Shown here one piece after another: positions 29,692-38,608 of a stretch of 64,000 nucleotides of DNA. The notes under the pieces are model-generated. The model was not told the DNA's origin. It saw only the letters and a list, made by a program, of their open reading frames with translations, and made no database searches. A program made the translations under genes and the position numbers. The DNA comes from Candidatus Komeilibacteria bacterium RIFOXYD1_FULL_37_29. Its GTDB lineage: Bacteria > Patescibacteriota > Patescibacteriia > UBA1558 > GWA2-36-10. The stretch is taken from positions 12,288 through 76,287 of the forward strand of contig MHKS01000005.1 of assembly GCA_001818495.1 (NCBI GenBank). Reading direction: 5' to 3'. Every line of letters starts with the position of its first letter. Within the stretch, counting starts at the first letter, position 1.

Positions 29692-31116
29692 ATGTCAACA
29701 GCTAATAAAATATTTACCAATACTCTTTGGCAGGTTGTCATTAGAATCGTCAATGTTTTTATTGGCGTTTTTTCTTTGGCCTTGGTCACCCGCATGCTGG
29801 GTCAAGTTGGTTTTGGATATTATACTACTATCTTTGCCTTTGTTCAGATTTTTGCTATTTTGGCTGATTTGGGATTGTACATGGCTATGCTGAGGGAAAT
29901 TTCATCTGCCAAAGATAAGGAGAGTGAAAATAAAATTATCAATAATATTTTTACTATTCGGATCTTGTCTTCTTTTTTGATGTTGGTGTTGATTGTGGTG
30001 GCCATTCAGTTTTTTCCTTATGATAAAGTAGTTAAAACTGGCGTTATATTTTTTATGGGTACTTTCTTTTTTCAGACTTTGATTACTACTTTAACAGCGG
30101 TATTTTCCAAATATTTGGATATGGCCAAAGTAGCCTTGGTAGATTTCGCGAATAAAATATTATATGCTGGATTTTTGCTTTACCTTTTTGTTTATGGGTT
30201 TTCTTTAAAGGCTATACTGTTAGGAAATAGTTTTACTATGGCCGTTTCTTTTATTTTATTATTATTATTTTTTAAGCGCTACGGACGTTTATCTTTGTCT
30301 TGGGATTTTGGTTATTGGAAAATAGTTTTTAAACGTTCTTGGCCATTGGCTATTACGGTAGTTTTAAACTTATTATATTTTAAAGCCGACACCTTGGTTT
30401 TATCTGTTTATCGTCCACCAGCCGAAGTTGGCCTCTATGGTGCCCCTTATCGAGTATTAGAAGTGATGGCTACCTTTCCCCATATGTTTATGTCTTTAAT
30501 TTTGCCCATTTTTACTGCTCATTGGATAGCTAAAAAGAGTCAAGAGTTAAAGCAAAGTTTCCAGTATAATTTTGATTTTTTCAGCATTTTATCAGTGGCT
30601 ATGTTATTTAGCATCTGGTTAGTCAGTCGCCCGTTGATGATCAAATTGGCCGGTCCAGACTTTGCTCTTTCCGGGCCAATTTTGGATATTTTAATTGTCG
30701 CGACAGTCGGTATATTTTTTGGGACATTGTTTATATATATGGTTGTAGCTATTGATGCCCAAAAGCAAATGATTAAATATTTTTTCTTCGCAGCTGTGAT
30801 AGCTCTCGTTGGTTATTTTATTTTTATACCAATTTATTCTTACTGGGGTGCGGCTTATATGACGTTGTTTGTAGAGTGGCTAATAACTTTTTTTGCTTGG
30901 CGAGTTGTTTACAAAAACACTTCTTTGAGAGTAAATTTAAAAGTGTTTTATAAAAGTTTACTGGCCGGAGCAATAGCTTTTTTCGTAGCCAAGATGTTTG
31001 GTGCTTATAATATAATTTTTGTTCTCTTGGTGTCCTGGCTTTTATATCTAGTCGTTTTAGCATTACTAAAAACGGTCAGTCGTGCACAACTTAAAAATAT
31101 ATTTTTAGCTAAATAA
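29692..31116 (+). CDS. Wzx-type oligosaccharide flippase
   Basis: ADLGL, YFKADTLVL, VGLYGAPYR, about 12-14 TM segments. Confidence 0.88.
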   Translation: MSTANKIFTNTLWQVVIRIVNVFIGVFSLALVTRMLGQVGFGYYTTIFAFVQIFAILADLGLYMAMLREISSAKDKESENKIINNIFTIRILSSFLMLVLIVVAIQFFPYDKVVKTGVIFFMGTFFFQTLITTLTAVFSKYLDMAKVALVDFANKILYAGFLLYLFVYGFSLKAILLGNSFTMAVSFILLLLFFKRYGRLSLSWDFGYWKIVFKRSWPLAITVVLNLLYFKADTLVLSVYRPPAEVGLYGAPYRVLEVMATFPHMFMSLILPIFTAHWIAKKSQELKQSFQYNFDFFSILSVAMLFSIWLVSRPLMIKLAGPDFALSGPILDILIVATVGIFFGTLFIYMVVAIDAQKQMIKYFFFAAVIALVGYFIFIPIYSYWGAAYMTLFVEWLITFFAWRVVYKNTSLRVNLKVFYKSLLAGAIAFFVAKMFGAYNIIFVLLVSWLLYLVVLALLKTVSRAQLKNIFLAK

Positions 31117-31128
31117 CAAAACAAACAT

Positions 31129-32394
31129 ATGATAAACATTTTTTTCTTACTGTTTTTAATAATTTTTATAATGGTGGCTTATCGCAATTTATTGTGGGGT
31201 ATTGGGGCGATCATAGTGCTTTTGCCTACTTATCTTTGGCGTTTTGAATTTATTATTTTTCCCACTAGTTTCTTGGAATTAATGATTATCGCTCTTTTTG
31301 TAATTTGGCTGGTTAAAGATAAAAGATATTCTCAAATAAATTTTTCTTTAAATAAAAAAACCAACAATGCTTTATCTGGGCCCCTCCAATATTTACTAGG
31401 GCTGTGGTTGATAGTCAGTGTCTTGGCTCTTTTGACTAATTTTACTTGGGGATCTCTGGGCCTATGGCGAGCTTATTTTTTAGAACCCATGATGTTCTTG
31501 TTAGTTTTTGTTTACTCCGTTAAAGGTATAAGGGATTTAAAATTTATTATTGTTTGTTTGATGATGCTTTTGTTGTGGCTATTTGAAATTGCCATGTATC
31601 AAAATTTTACTAATTATAATTATCTCTTAGCTTATAATTTTCCCCATATTAAGCGTCTGACTGGCCCATTCCTTTATCCCAATGCTCTTAGTCTCTTAAC
31701 AGCTCCGCTGGCAGCTTTATTTTCTGGTTTATGGATTTATAGTAAAGATAAGCTTCAAAATATTCATTATCTAGTTTTGGCTATCATGGGTGTGGTTTTA
31801 GCTGTTTTGTCAGTTAGTCAGGGGGCTATTTTAGCTATTGGGATATCTTTATTTTTATGTCTAATTTTAGCTAAAAAATGGTATAAATATGGGATAGCTA
31901 TTTTATTGGTTCTAGCTTTGGGTGTTTTACTGATAGTATCGACTCTAGATTTTAATCCGCGTTTAAATTTACAATCCAGCTCTTTAGATATTCGTTTTAA
32001 TCAATGGCAAGAAACCAGAACTATGTTATCTGATAATTTTGTCTTGGGTTCTGGTTTGGCTGGTTATCAGAACGCTTTAAAGCCCTACCATCAGACAGAT
32101 TGGTTAGAAATTTTCCTCTATCCCCATAATATATTTTTAAATTTTTGGACGGAATTAGGAATAATGGGGCTGGGAATTTTTATTTCTCTACTGGTCTATC
32201 TGGGCTGTCTGCTTAAAAAAATATTTAAATATAATTATAGTTTATTTTGGCCACTGACTCTGATGTGGAGTACCTGGTTAATACATGGCTTGGTGGATGT
32301 CCCTTATTTTAAAAATGATTTGGCGGTATTATTTTTTATAATGTTAGGTTTTACTTTTTTAGTATCTACTTATAAGAAAGATGTTAAAATTTAG
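31129..32394 (+). CDS. O-antigen ligase/Wzy_C family protein (possible oligosaccharyltransferase)
   Basis: RLTGPFLYPNAL, SSLDIRFNQW, GSGLAGY, YPHNIFLNFWTELG. Confidence 0.85.
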   Translation: MINIFFLLFLIIFIMVAYRNLLWGIGAIIVLLPTYLWRFEFIIFPTSFLELMIIALFVIWLVKDKRYSQINFSLNKKTNNALSGPLQYLLGLWLIVSVLALLTNFTWGSLGLWRAYFLEPMMFLLVFVYSVKGIRDLKFIIVCLMMLLLWLFEIAMYQNFTNYNYLLAYNFPHIKRLTGPFLYPNALSLLTAPLAALFSGLWIYSKDKLQNIHYLVLAIMGVVLAVLSVSQGAILAIGISLFLCLILAKKWYKYGIAILLVLALGVLLIVSTLDFNPRLNLQSSSLDIRFNQWQETRTMLSDNFVLGSGLAGYQNALKPYHQTDWLEIFLYPHNIFLNFWTELGIMGLGIFISLLVYLGCLLKKIFKYNYSLFWPLTLMWSTWLIHGLVDVPYFKNDLAVLFFIMLGFTFLVSTYKKDVKI

Positions 32395-32998
32395 TAAATT
32401 ATTATACCCCTCCGGCTTGATTTTAATCTTAGTTAATCTTACTCCCATTATTGGGCTATTATTTTGGGATTGGGATGTTTTTACTATTATTATTTTATAT
32501 TGGATGGAGTCAGCGGTAGTGGGGTTTTTCAATATTTTGAAAATGCAAAGGATAAACAATTATGTCTTTTCTCCAGCCCTGCCACTTTTTATTGTGCATT
32601 ATTCTATTTTTATGTTTGTTCATTTATTTTTTATTTTGCAATTTTTTAAACCAGACTTAGGAAGTGCCATCGAACAATTTGGAGCATTTAAAATAGTTTT
32701 TAAATATTTGGAAGGATTGCTTATCTCTTTGGCTTTTTTATTTTTAAGTCACGGCTTATCTTTTATTTTTAATTTTATAAAAAAAGAGGAATATAAAAAT
32801 AGCAGTCTAGTCAAGCAGATATTTTTTCCTTATCAGAGAATTATTATCATGCAGATAGTTATTTTTTTGATTGGCAGTGGAGTCTTTTATTATGGTTATA
32901 GCCAAGATTTGTCGGCCATAGCCTTTTTGGTTATTTTGAAAATATTTTTTGATTTAGTTGGCCATATTTTTGAACACCGTAAAAATATTTTAAGTTAA
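32381..32998 (+). CDS. Membrane protein, DUF6498-like
   Basis: NLTPIIGLLFWDWD...LYWMESAVVG, VHYSIFMFVH, PYQRIIIMQ. Confidence 0.7.
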   Translation: MLKFSKLLYPSGLILILVNLTPIIGLLFWDWDVFTIIILYWMESAVVGFFNILKMQRINNYVFSPALPLFIVHYSIFMFVHLFFILQFFKPDLGSAIEQFGAFKIVFKYLEGLLISLAFLFLSHGLSFIFNFIKKEEYKNSSLVKQIFFPYQRIIIMQIVIFLIGSGVFYYGYSQDLSAIAFLVILKIFFDLVGHIFEHRKNILS

Positions 32999-33037
32999 TT
33001 TATTTACAAAAAGCTTAAATTTTAGTATAATATAGAC

Positions 33038-33901
33038 ATGAAAAAAGTTAAAAAAGCTATAGTAGCCGTGGCTGGATCCGGTACCAGATTGTTGCCAGCC
33101 ACTAAATCTATGCCTAAAGAAATGTTGCCGATAGTTGATAAACCAGCTATTCAGTGGGTAGTGGAAGAGCTAGTAGCTGGGGGTATAGAGGATATTATTT
33201 TGGTTACTAAATGGGACAAAAAGCCCCTGGAAGATCACTTTGATCATTCTTGGGCTCTAGAGAATGAATTGGCTAAGGCTGGCAAAAAAGATAAGCTAGC
33301 CGAGATTCGTAAGCTTTCCGAAATGGCCAATTTTATCTATGTTCGACAAAAGGGGCCCTATGGAAATGGTACACCAGTTTTGTCCGCTGCTAGTTTGGTA
33401 GACGATGAGCCTTTTATGTATGTTTGGGGAGATGATTTGGTTAAATCTAAGGTTTCTTTTACCAAACAAATGATCGACGAATACAATCGAACTGGTCATT
33501 TGATGATTGGCGTTCAAGAGGTGCCACGTGATCAGGTTAATCGTTATGGTATTGTTAGTTTAAAGGATAAAAAAACTATGCAATTAGACGGCATTATTGA
33601 AAAGCCAGATATCAAATCTGCCCCCTCTCGATTGGCCGATTTTGGACGCATGATACTCAATCAAGATATTATCAATGTTTTACGTAAAACAAAATTGGGT
33701 AAAGGCAAAGAACTTTGGATTGTGGACGCTATACGTGATTATATCAAAGCGGGTGGTGAATTTTATGCTAAGAAAATAGAAGACGGTCAGTGGTTGACTA
33801 CCGGGGACCCTTTAAATCTTCTTAAAGCCAACTTGGAATATGCCAAAGACAGAAAAGAATTGAGGAGTTTTTTAAAAAAATATCTCCAAAATTTAAAATA
33901 A
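33038..33901 (+). CDS. galU: UTP-glucose-1-phosphate uridylyltransferase
   Basis: AGSGTRLLPATKSMPKEMLPIVDKP, LEDHFD, YVRQ, EKP. Confidence 0.9.
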   Translation: MKKVKKAIVAVAGSGTRLLPATKSMPKEMLPIVDKPAIQWVVEELVAGGIEDIILVTKWDKKPLEDHFDHSWALENELAKAGKKDKLAEIRKLSEMANFIYVRQKGPYGNGTPVLSAASLVDDEPFMYVWGDDLVKSKVSFTKQMIDEYNRTGHLMIGVQEVPRDQVNRYGIVSLKDKKTMQLDGIIEKPDIKSAPSRLADFGRMILNQDIINVLRKTKLGKGKELWIVDAIRDYIKAGGEFYAKKIEDGQWLTTGDPLNLLKANLEYAKDRKELRSFLKKYLQNLK

Positions 33902-33911
33902 TTTTTTAAAC

Positions 33912-35294
33912 ATGCTTGTAAAAAGAAAAATAAAATTATCAACCTTATGCTTATTGGTGATTTTAATAATTAACTCTGGTTTTAGTTGTAAATGGAATCC
34001 TTTTCGTTCTGATCCAGAGCTTTATGAGCCAGTCACTTTGGAATACTGGGGCGTTTGGGATACCCCAGAACAATTACAAACTTTAATTACTGATTATACT
34101 CAGTCTCATCCAACGGTTAAGGTGAATTATAGAAATTTTAGATACGAAGAATATGAAAGAAAATTGTTGGAAGCCTGGGCTGATGACAGAGGCCCTGATG
34201 TCTTTGCTATTCCTTCTACTTGGTTAAAAAGTTACAAGTCTCGTTTGGTTCCAATGCCCGATACTCACCAAATCCCGATTTATGAGCTACAAGGTACTCT
34301 TAAAAAAGAGCAAGTGACCGTATTGAAAACTTTCCGTGGTTTATCAGCCAACGAAGTAAAGAATCAATATGTTTCTGTGGTTTATGACGATGTGATAATG
34401 GATGGTCAGGTCTATGGTCTGCCCTATTATTTGGATACTTTAGCCACTTTTTATAACATTGATTTATTGACACAAGCCGGCATTGCTGAGCCAATTGATG
34501 ATTTTTTTGATTTGGTCGAGCAGGCACCTCGTTTGACTAAGGTTACCGATAGTAATCGTATTATTCAGTCAGCTGTAGCCTTGGGTGGTACTCAAAATAT
34601 TCCGCGTTTTTTTGATATTTTTTCTAGTATCATGCTACAAAACGGTGTAGAAGCCGACGGTAGTCACTTTGATCCTTTGGCTAGTAGGGAATCAGCTACT
34701 CGTTTGGCTCAGGCTTTTGGTTTTTATACGGATTTTTCTCGTCCTGGAAAGGCTAGCTATAGTTGGAACAGCGAAGCGGAAGATGCTTTGGAAATGTTTG
34801 CCAACGGTCGTCTAGCTTATTTTTTTGGTTATAGTTATCATGCTGACCAGCTTCGATCTAGAAATTTACAATTTGATTGGGATATTAAAAATTTTCCACA
34901 GACCCGTGGTGCCCAAGGCACCAAGTATTATGCCGACTACTGGATTAATGTAGTGGCTAAAAAATCCAAAAATACCGACGCAGCCTGGAATTTTATTCAA
35001 AGTACAGCCGCCGAAGATAAAGTAAAAATTTATTTAGAGGCCAATAAGAGGCCGACGGCTCTACGTTCTTTAATTGATGCTCAGTTGGAAGACTATGAGA
35101 TAGCCACCTTTACTTCCCAAGTTTTAACGGCCAGTAATTGGTATAATGGTTACAATATAGCTTTAGCGGAAAAATATACTCGGGAAATAATTGATGATTT
35201 GGTTTCTGGAAAAATGGTTATGGATAAAGAGGGAACGGTCTTGGAATTATTTGTTAATAAAATTAATCAGACCTATGTACCACCTAGCAACTAA
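33912..35294 (+). CDS. Extracellular solute-binding (sugar-type) lipoprotein
   Basis: Hydrophobic signal ending GFSC, TLEYWG, GPDVF, YGLPYYLDTLATFYN, AAWNFI. Confidence 0.8.
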   Translation: MLVKRKIKLSTLCLLVILIINSGFSCKWNPFRSDPELYEPVTLEYWGVWDTPEQLQTLITDYTQSHPTVKVNYRNFRYEEYERKLLEAWADDRGPDVFAIPSTWLKSYKSRLVPMPDTHQIPIYELQGTLKKEQVTVLKTFRGLSANEVKNQYVSVVYDDVIMDGQVYGLPYYLDTLATFYNIDLLTQAGIAEPIDDFFDLVEQAPRLTKVTDSNRIIQSAVALGGTQNIPRFFDIFSSIMLQNGVEADGSHFDPLASRESATRLAQAFGFYTDFSRPGKASYSWNSEAEDALEMFANGRLAYFFGYSYHADQLRSRNLQFDWDIKNFPQTRGAQGTKYYADYWINVVAKKSKNTDAAWNFIQSTAAEDKVKIYLEANKRPTALRSLIDAQLEDYEIATFTSQVLTASNWYNGYNIALAEKYTREIIDDLVSGKMVMDKEGTVLELFVNKINQTYVPPSN

Positions 35295-35387
35295 AATTTT
35301 GTAGGTAGGAATAGCCCTCAGTTCTTTTATCAAAATGTGGTTGACTGCCAAAACCTTAAATCATTTTTAAAAAATATTTTAAATATT

Positions 35388-35720
35388 ATGTTTATAAAAA
35401 AAATCATCTTAGCTGTTCTATTATTTCTTCCCAGCCTAGCTCAAGCTCAGGGCGGAGTGCCGTTACCCAATCCTTTGGAAGCTGAAAGCATACCAGAGTT
35501 GGCTGGGCAAATGATTAAAGGTCTTTTAGGAGTCACCGGGGCCATTGCCTTGTTTATGTTGGTCTGGGGAGGTATAGTTTGGATGACTTCTGGGGGTAAT
35601 TCCAATCGCGTAGAGCAGGGTAAAAATACTATTTTATGGGCTATATTGGGGATAGTTATTATATTTATGAGTTATATTATATTGAATTTTGTCTTTGATT
35701 TGATTGGTGGCAATGCCTAG
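35388..35720 (+). CDS. TrbC/VirB2-like pilin
   Basis: Signal peptide AQA|Q, GGIVWMTSGGN...K..I.WAILG. Confidence 0.8.
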   Translation: MFIKKIILAVLLFLPSLAQAQGGVPLPNPLEAESIPELAGQMIKGLLGVTGAIALFMLVWGGIVWMTSGGNSNRVEQGKNTILWAILGIVIIFMSYIILNFVFDLIGGNA

Positions 35721-35737
35721 ACACTGTTGATAAAGAA

Positions 35738-35766
35738 TTGTAAAAAAGTGATTTTTGTTTTATACT
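35738..35766 (+). promoter_or_regulatory. Sigma70 promoter of the second pilin
   Basis: TTGTAA-17-TATACT; GGGGGTG SD upstream of ATG 35803. Confidence 0.65.
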
Positions 35767-35802
35767 TTAATTAACATTTTATATTAGAAAGGGGGTGAAA
35801 CA

Positions 35803-36162
35803 ATGAAAAAAATACTTACTTCTTTATTGCTTTTATTACCAGTAGTAGCCAATGCTCAAACAAACCTAGAGGATTGGGGATACAATGATTTTTCAGACAC
35901 TGACATTAAATTAGGATCAAGACCTCTAAGAGACACAATTGGTGGTGTAGTAAACATCATTTTGGGATTTTTAGGAATTTTGACAACTTTAATTATTCTA
36001 ATGGGCGGCTTTAAGTGGATGACTTCACAAGGTAACACTGAAAAAGTTGATGAGGCTAAAAAACTTATCGGCGCTGGTGTTGTCGGTTTAGTTATCGTAT
36101 TAACAGCTTACGCCGTATCTAGATTCGTATTAAGCGAATTATATTCACAAACTGTTGTTTAG
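35803..36162 (+). CDS. TrbC/VirB2-like pilin (probable major subunit)
   Basis: ANA|Q, GGFKWMTSQGNTEKVDEAKKLI; own promoter and strong SD. Confidence 0.82.
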   Translation: MKKILTSLLLLLPVVANAQTNLEDWGYNDFSDTDIKLGSRPLRDTIGGVVNIILGFLGILTTLIILMGGFKWMTSQGNTEKVDEAKKLIGAGVVGLVIVLTAYAVSRFVLSELYSQTVV

Positions 36163-36163
36163 T

Positions 36164-36212
36164 TGACCTATTTAGTCTAGACTATAGTAGGTCATTAACT
36201 AATGACCTACTA
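36164..36212. repeat. Nested inverted repeats between pilin genes
   Basis: TAGTAGGTCATTA-ac-TAATGACCTACTA, palindrome TAGTCTAGACTA, extra TGACCTA copy. Confidence 0.85.
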
Positions 36213-36238
36213 GAGCTTATACTACATGACAAAAATAG

Positions 36239-36619
36239 ATGTTAAAAAAATTTTATAAATTATCCTTAGCTTTATTTTTATTTTTTGTGCCAGTATTTTT
36301 TGCGTCTGCTCAAGTGATTGGTCAAGATAGTTTAGCTACTGCCGCTCAAAAAGCTGGTTTTGGTGGAGAGACAGATGTTTATGTAATTATTACTCGTTTT
36401 ATCAACGGTTTCCTATCCATTTTTATGATGGTTTTTTTGTATTTTATTATTGCGGCTGGTTTTACTTGGATGACTTCTGGAGGTAATGCTGAAAAGATAA
36501 ATACCGCCAAAGAGACCATTAAATATTCATTGATTGGCATAGTTGTAGCTTTAACTGCTTATTCTCTGGCGCGGTATGTATTATTTGCTATGGGAGCGAC
36601 CACTGGTATTGTCAGGTAA
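36239..36619 (+). CDS. TrbC/VirB2-like pilin
   Basis: ASA|Q, AGFTWMTSGGNAEKINTAKETI. Confidence 0.8.
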   Translation: MLKKFYKLSLALFLFFVPVFFASAQVIGQDSLATAAQKAGFGGETDVYVIITRFINGFLSIFMMVFLYFIIAAGFTWMTSGGNAEKINTAKETIKYSLIGIVVALTAYSLARYVLFAMGATTGIVR

Positions 36620-36638
36620 ACATTATTTTGACAAATTT

Positions 36639-36661
36639 GCTCCCCCTAAGGGGAGTTTTTT
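36639..36661 (+). terminator. Pilin operon terminator
   Basis: GCTCCCC-ctaa-GGGGAGTTTTTT. Confidence 0.8.
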
Positions 36662-36701
36662 GTTTTCTTTAAAAGATAATTTATGTGGTATAATTAATTT
36701 A

Positions 36702-38594
36702 ATGATAGAAATTTTTAGCAAATACGGCAGTAAATTTTTAGTGGCCTTAATGGGTTTTTATGCCTGTTTGTTTTCTTGGTTAAGCTGGAAAAAATATTAT
36801 AATTTTCATTATAATATTTTTGATTTAGCTATTTTTAATCAAGTTTTTTATAACACTACCCATGGTCGATGGTTTGAGATGACTTTTAATTTACATAATT
36901 ATTTAGCTGATCATTTTTCACCAATTATTTTAGGGTTGCTTCCATTTTATTGGTTGTGGCAGAGTCCGCAAAATTTGTTAATAATACAAAGTATTGTTTT
37001 AGCACTGAGTGGCTGGCCGATTTATTTAATCAGCCAACAAGTTATCGGCCAGAAAAATATTTCTTTAATTATAGTTTGTCTATGGTTTTTAAATTTTATA
37101 CTGCACAATGGTAATTTATATGAATTTCATCTTTTATCCCTGGCGGTATTTTTTGTATTATGGGCTTTTTATTTTTATCAAAAAAATAATTTTAAAATAT
37201 TTTTTCTGTTTTTTGTTTTGGCCTTATTGGTACGCGAAGACATATTCTTGTCTTTACTTGGTTTTTCAATTTTATCTTGTTTGGATAAAAAAGACTATCG
37301 GTGGCGTCTGGCTCCTTTGTTGGGGATTTTATATTTTTTAGGAGCTCTCAAGATAGTTAGTTTTTTCAATTTGGAGACAGAGAATAAATTTTTATTATAT
37401 TATGGTTGGTTGGGAGGAGATGACTTGCTTAGCATATTGTGGGCTTGGGGGACTAATTTTTGGCTATTTTTAGCTCATTTATTTAGTTTAGATAATTTTA
37501 TCAGCTCCCTAATCATTTTAGTTTCAGTGGGATTTTTGCCTTTATTAGCCCCTCGTTATTTGTGGCTTTTATTTTTTCCGCTCTTGCAATTTTTATTCAC
37601 TTCAACTGGGCTAAATAGTGTAGTTTATAGTACGCATTATGGCCTAATTTTTTTGCCGGGGTTGTTTGTTGCTAGTATTTTTGCCTGGAAAAATATATTG
37701 TCTAAAAAAAAGTTTATTTTCAGTTCGGTATTTTATAATAATTTAAATTTTTTTAAGGTCTTATTTATTGTAACAATATTTTATTTTTTTATATTTTTAT
37801 CACCAATTAAAAATATTTTATTTGCCCAGGGGAATTTATCTATAGATAATAATTTAGCCCAAATAAATAAAATTCTATCGCCGTCAGCTAGTTTAGTAGT
37901 TAGCGAAAGTTTGGCGGCGGCTTTTAGTAGTCGGCAGGCAGTTTATCCTTTTCAGTATAGTTATATGGGCCGGGGCCAGTTTTATTTGGAGGAGTTTAAT
38001 TTTCCCGAAGTAGATTATATATTGATTGATACCAACGACATTTTTGAAACACTGGCTTATGTTGATACCAGTAAAGTTATTTTTAATAAAAATTTTGAAC
38101 AAAATATACCCAAGGATTTTAGAGAGCGTTTGGACAATTATATTTTAATTTTTGCTCGCAATAATTTATTATTATGGCAAAATAAAACTATCAGTCAAGA
38201 CAAGGATGCTTTACTTTTGTATAAGTTTATTGACAATCCAGATTTATCTGATAACAGTTCTTTAATATCGGGCTTTGATTATTCTTTTGATTCAGCTGGC
38301 AGTATTTTAAATCTAACTTATCAAAAAACGCAGTTGTTAGAACATAATTATTTGCTACGTTTTTATGCTAAGGATTATTATTTTGATGTGCCTTTAGATT
38401 ATGGCTTATGGCCTCAAGCTGATTGGCCGGAAGATAAGCTTGGTAGTTTTTATTATTATTTAAATCCTGATATTACTGCTTACCAAATTTTTTCTTGGCA
38501 GGGCGAAGTAGCACTAGGACGGTATCGTCAGGCCGAGGTTGATTTTAATCTCAGAGAAATTACTCCTCGTTTGGAGATTGATGGAGCCCTCTAG
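36702..38594 (+). CDS. DUF2079-like GT-C membrane glycosyltransferase
   Basis: FDLAIFNQ, LADHFSP, YEFH, LVRED. Start moved to ATG 36702, downstream of the terminator and -10 box. Confidence 0.78.
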   Translation: MIEIFSKYGSKFLVALMGFYACLFSWLSWKKYYNFHYNIFDLAIFNQVFYNTTHGRWFEMTFNLHNYLADHFSPIILGLLPFYWLWQSPQNLLIIQSIVLALSGWPIYLISQQVIGQKNISLIIVCLWFLNFILHNGNLYEFHLLSLAVFFVLWAFYFYQKNNFKIFFLFFVLALLVREDIFLSLLGFSILSCLDKKDYRWRLAPLLGILYFLGALKIVSFFNLETENKFLLYYGWLGGDDLLSILWAWGTNFWLFLAHLFSLDNFISSLIILVSVGFLPLLAPRYLWLLFFPLLQFLFTSTGLNSVVYSTHYGLIFLPGLFVASIFAWKNILSKKKFIFSSVFYNNLNFFKVLFIVTIFYFFIFLSPIKNILFAQGNLSIDNNLAQINKILSPSASLVVSESLAAAFSSRQAVYPFQYSYMGRGQFYLEEFNFPEVDYILIDTNDIFETLAYVDTSKVIFNKNFEQNIPKDFRERLDNYILIFARNNLLLWQNKTISQDKDALLLYKFIDNPDLSDNSSLISGFDYSFDSAGSILNLTYQKTQLLEHNYLLRFYAKDYYFDVPLDYGLWPQADWPEDKLGSFYYYLNPDITAYQIFSWQGEVALGRYRQAEVDFNLREITPRLEIDGAL

Positions 38595-38608
38595 CTAACA
38601 TTTTTAAA

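Noticed and set aside
36197-36212. CTAATGACCTAC (and TAATGACGGCTA at 61119) as the 3' end of a fluoride riboswitch
   Set aside because: The 5' GAUGG pseudoknot partner is absent and no fluoride-related gene follows.
35388-36619. Pilins as evidence of a conjugative element
   Set aside because: No relaxase, VirB4/VirD4, integrase or att repeats; the surroundings are chromosomal.
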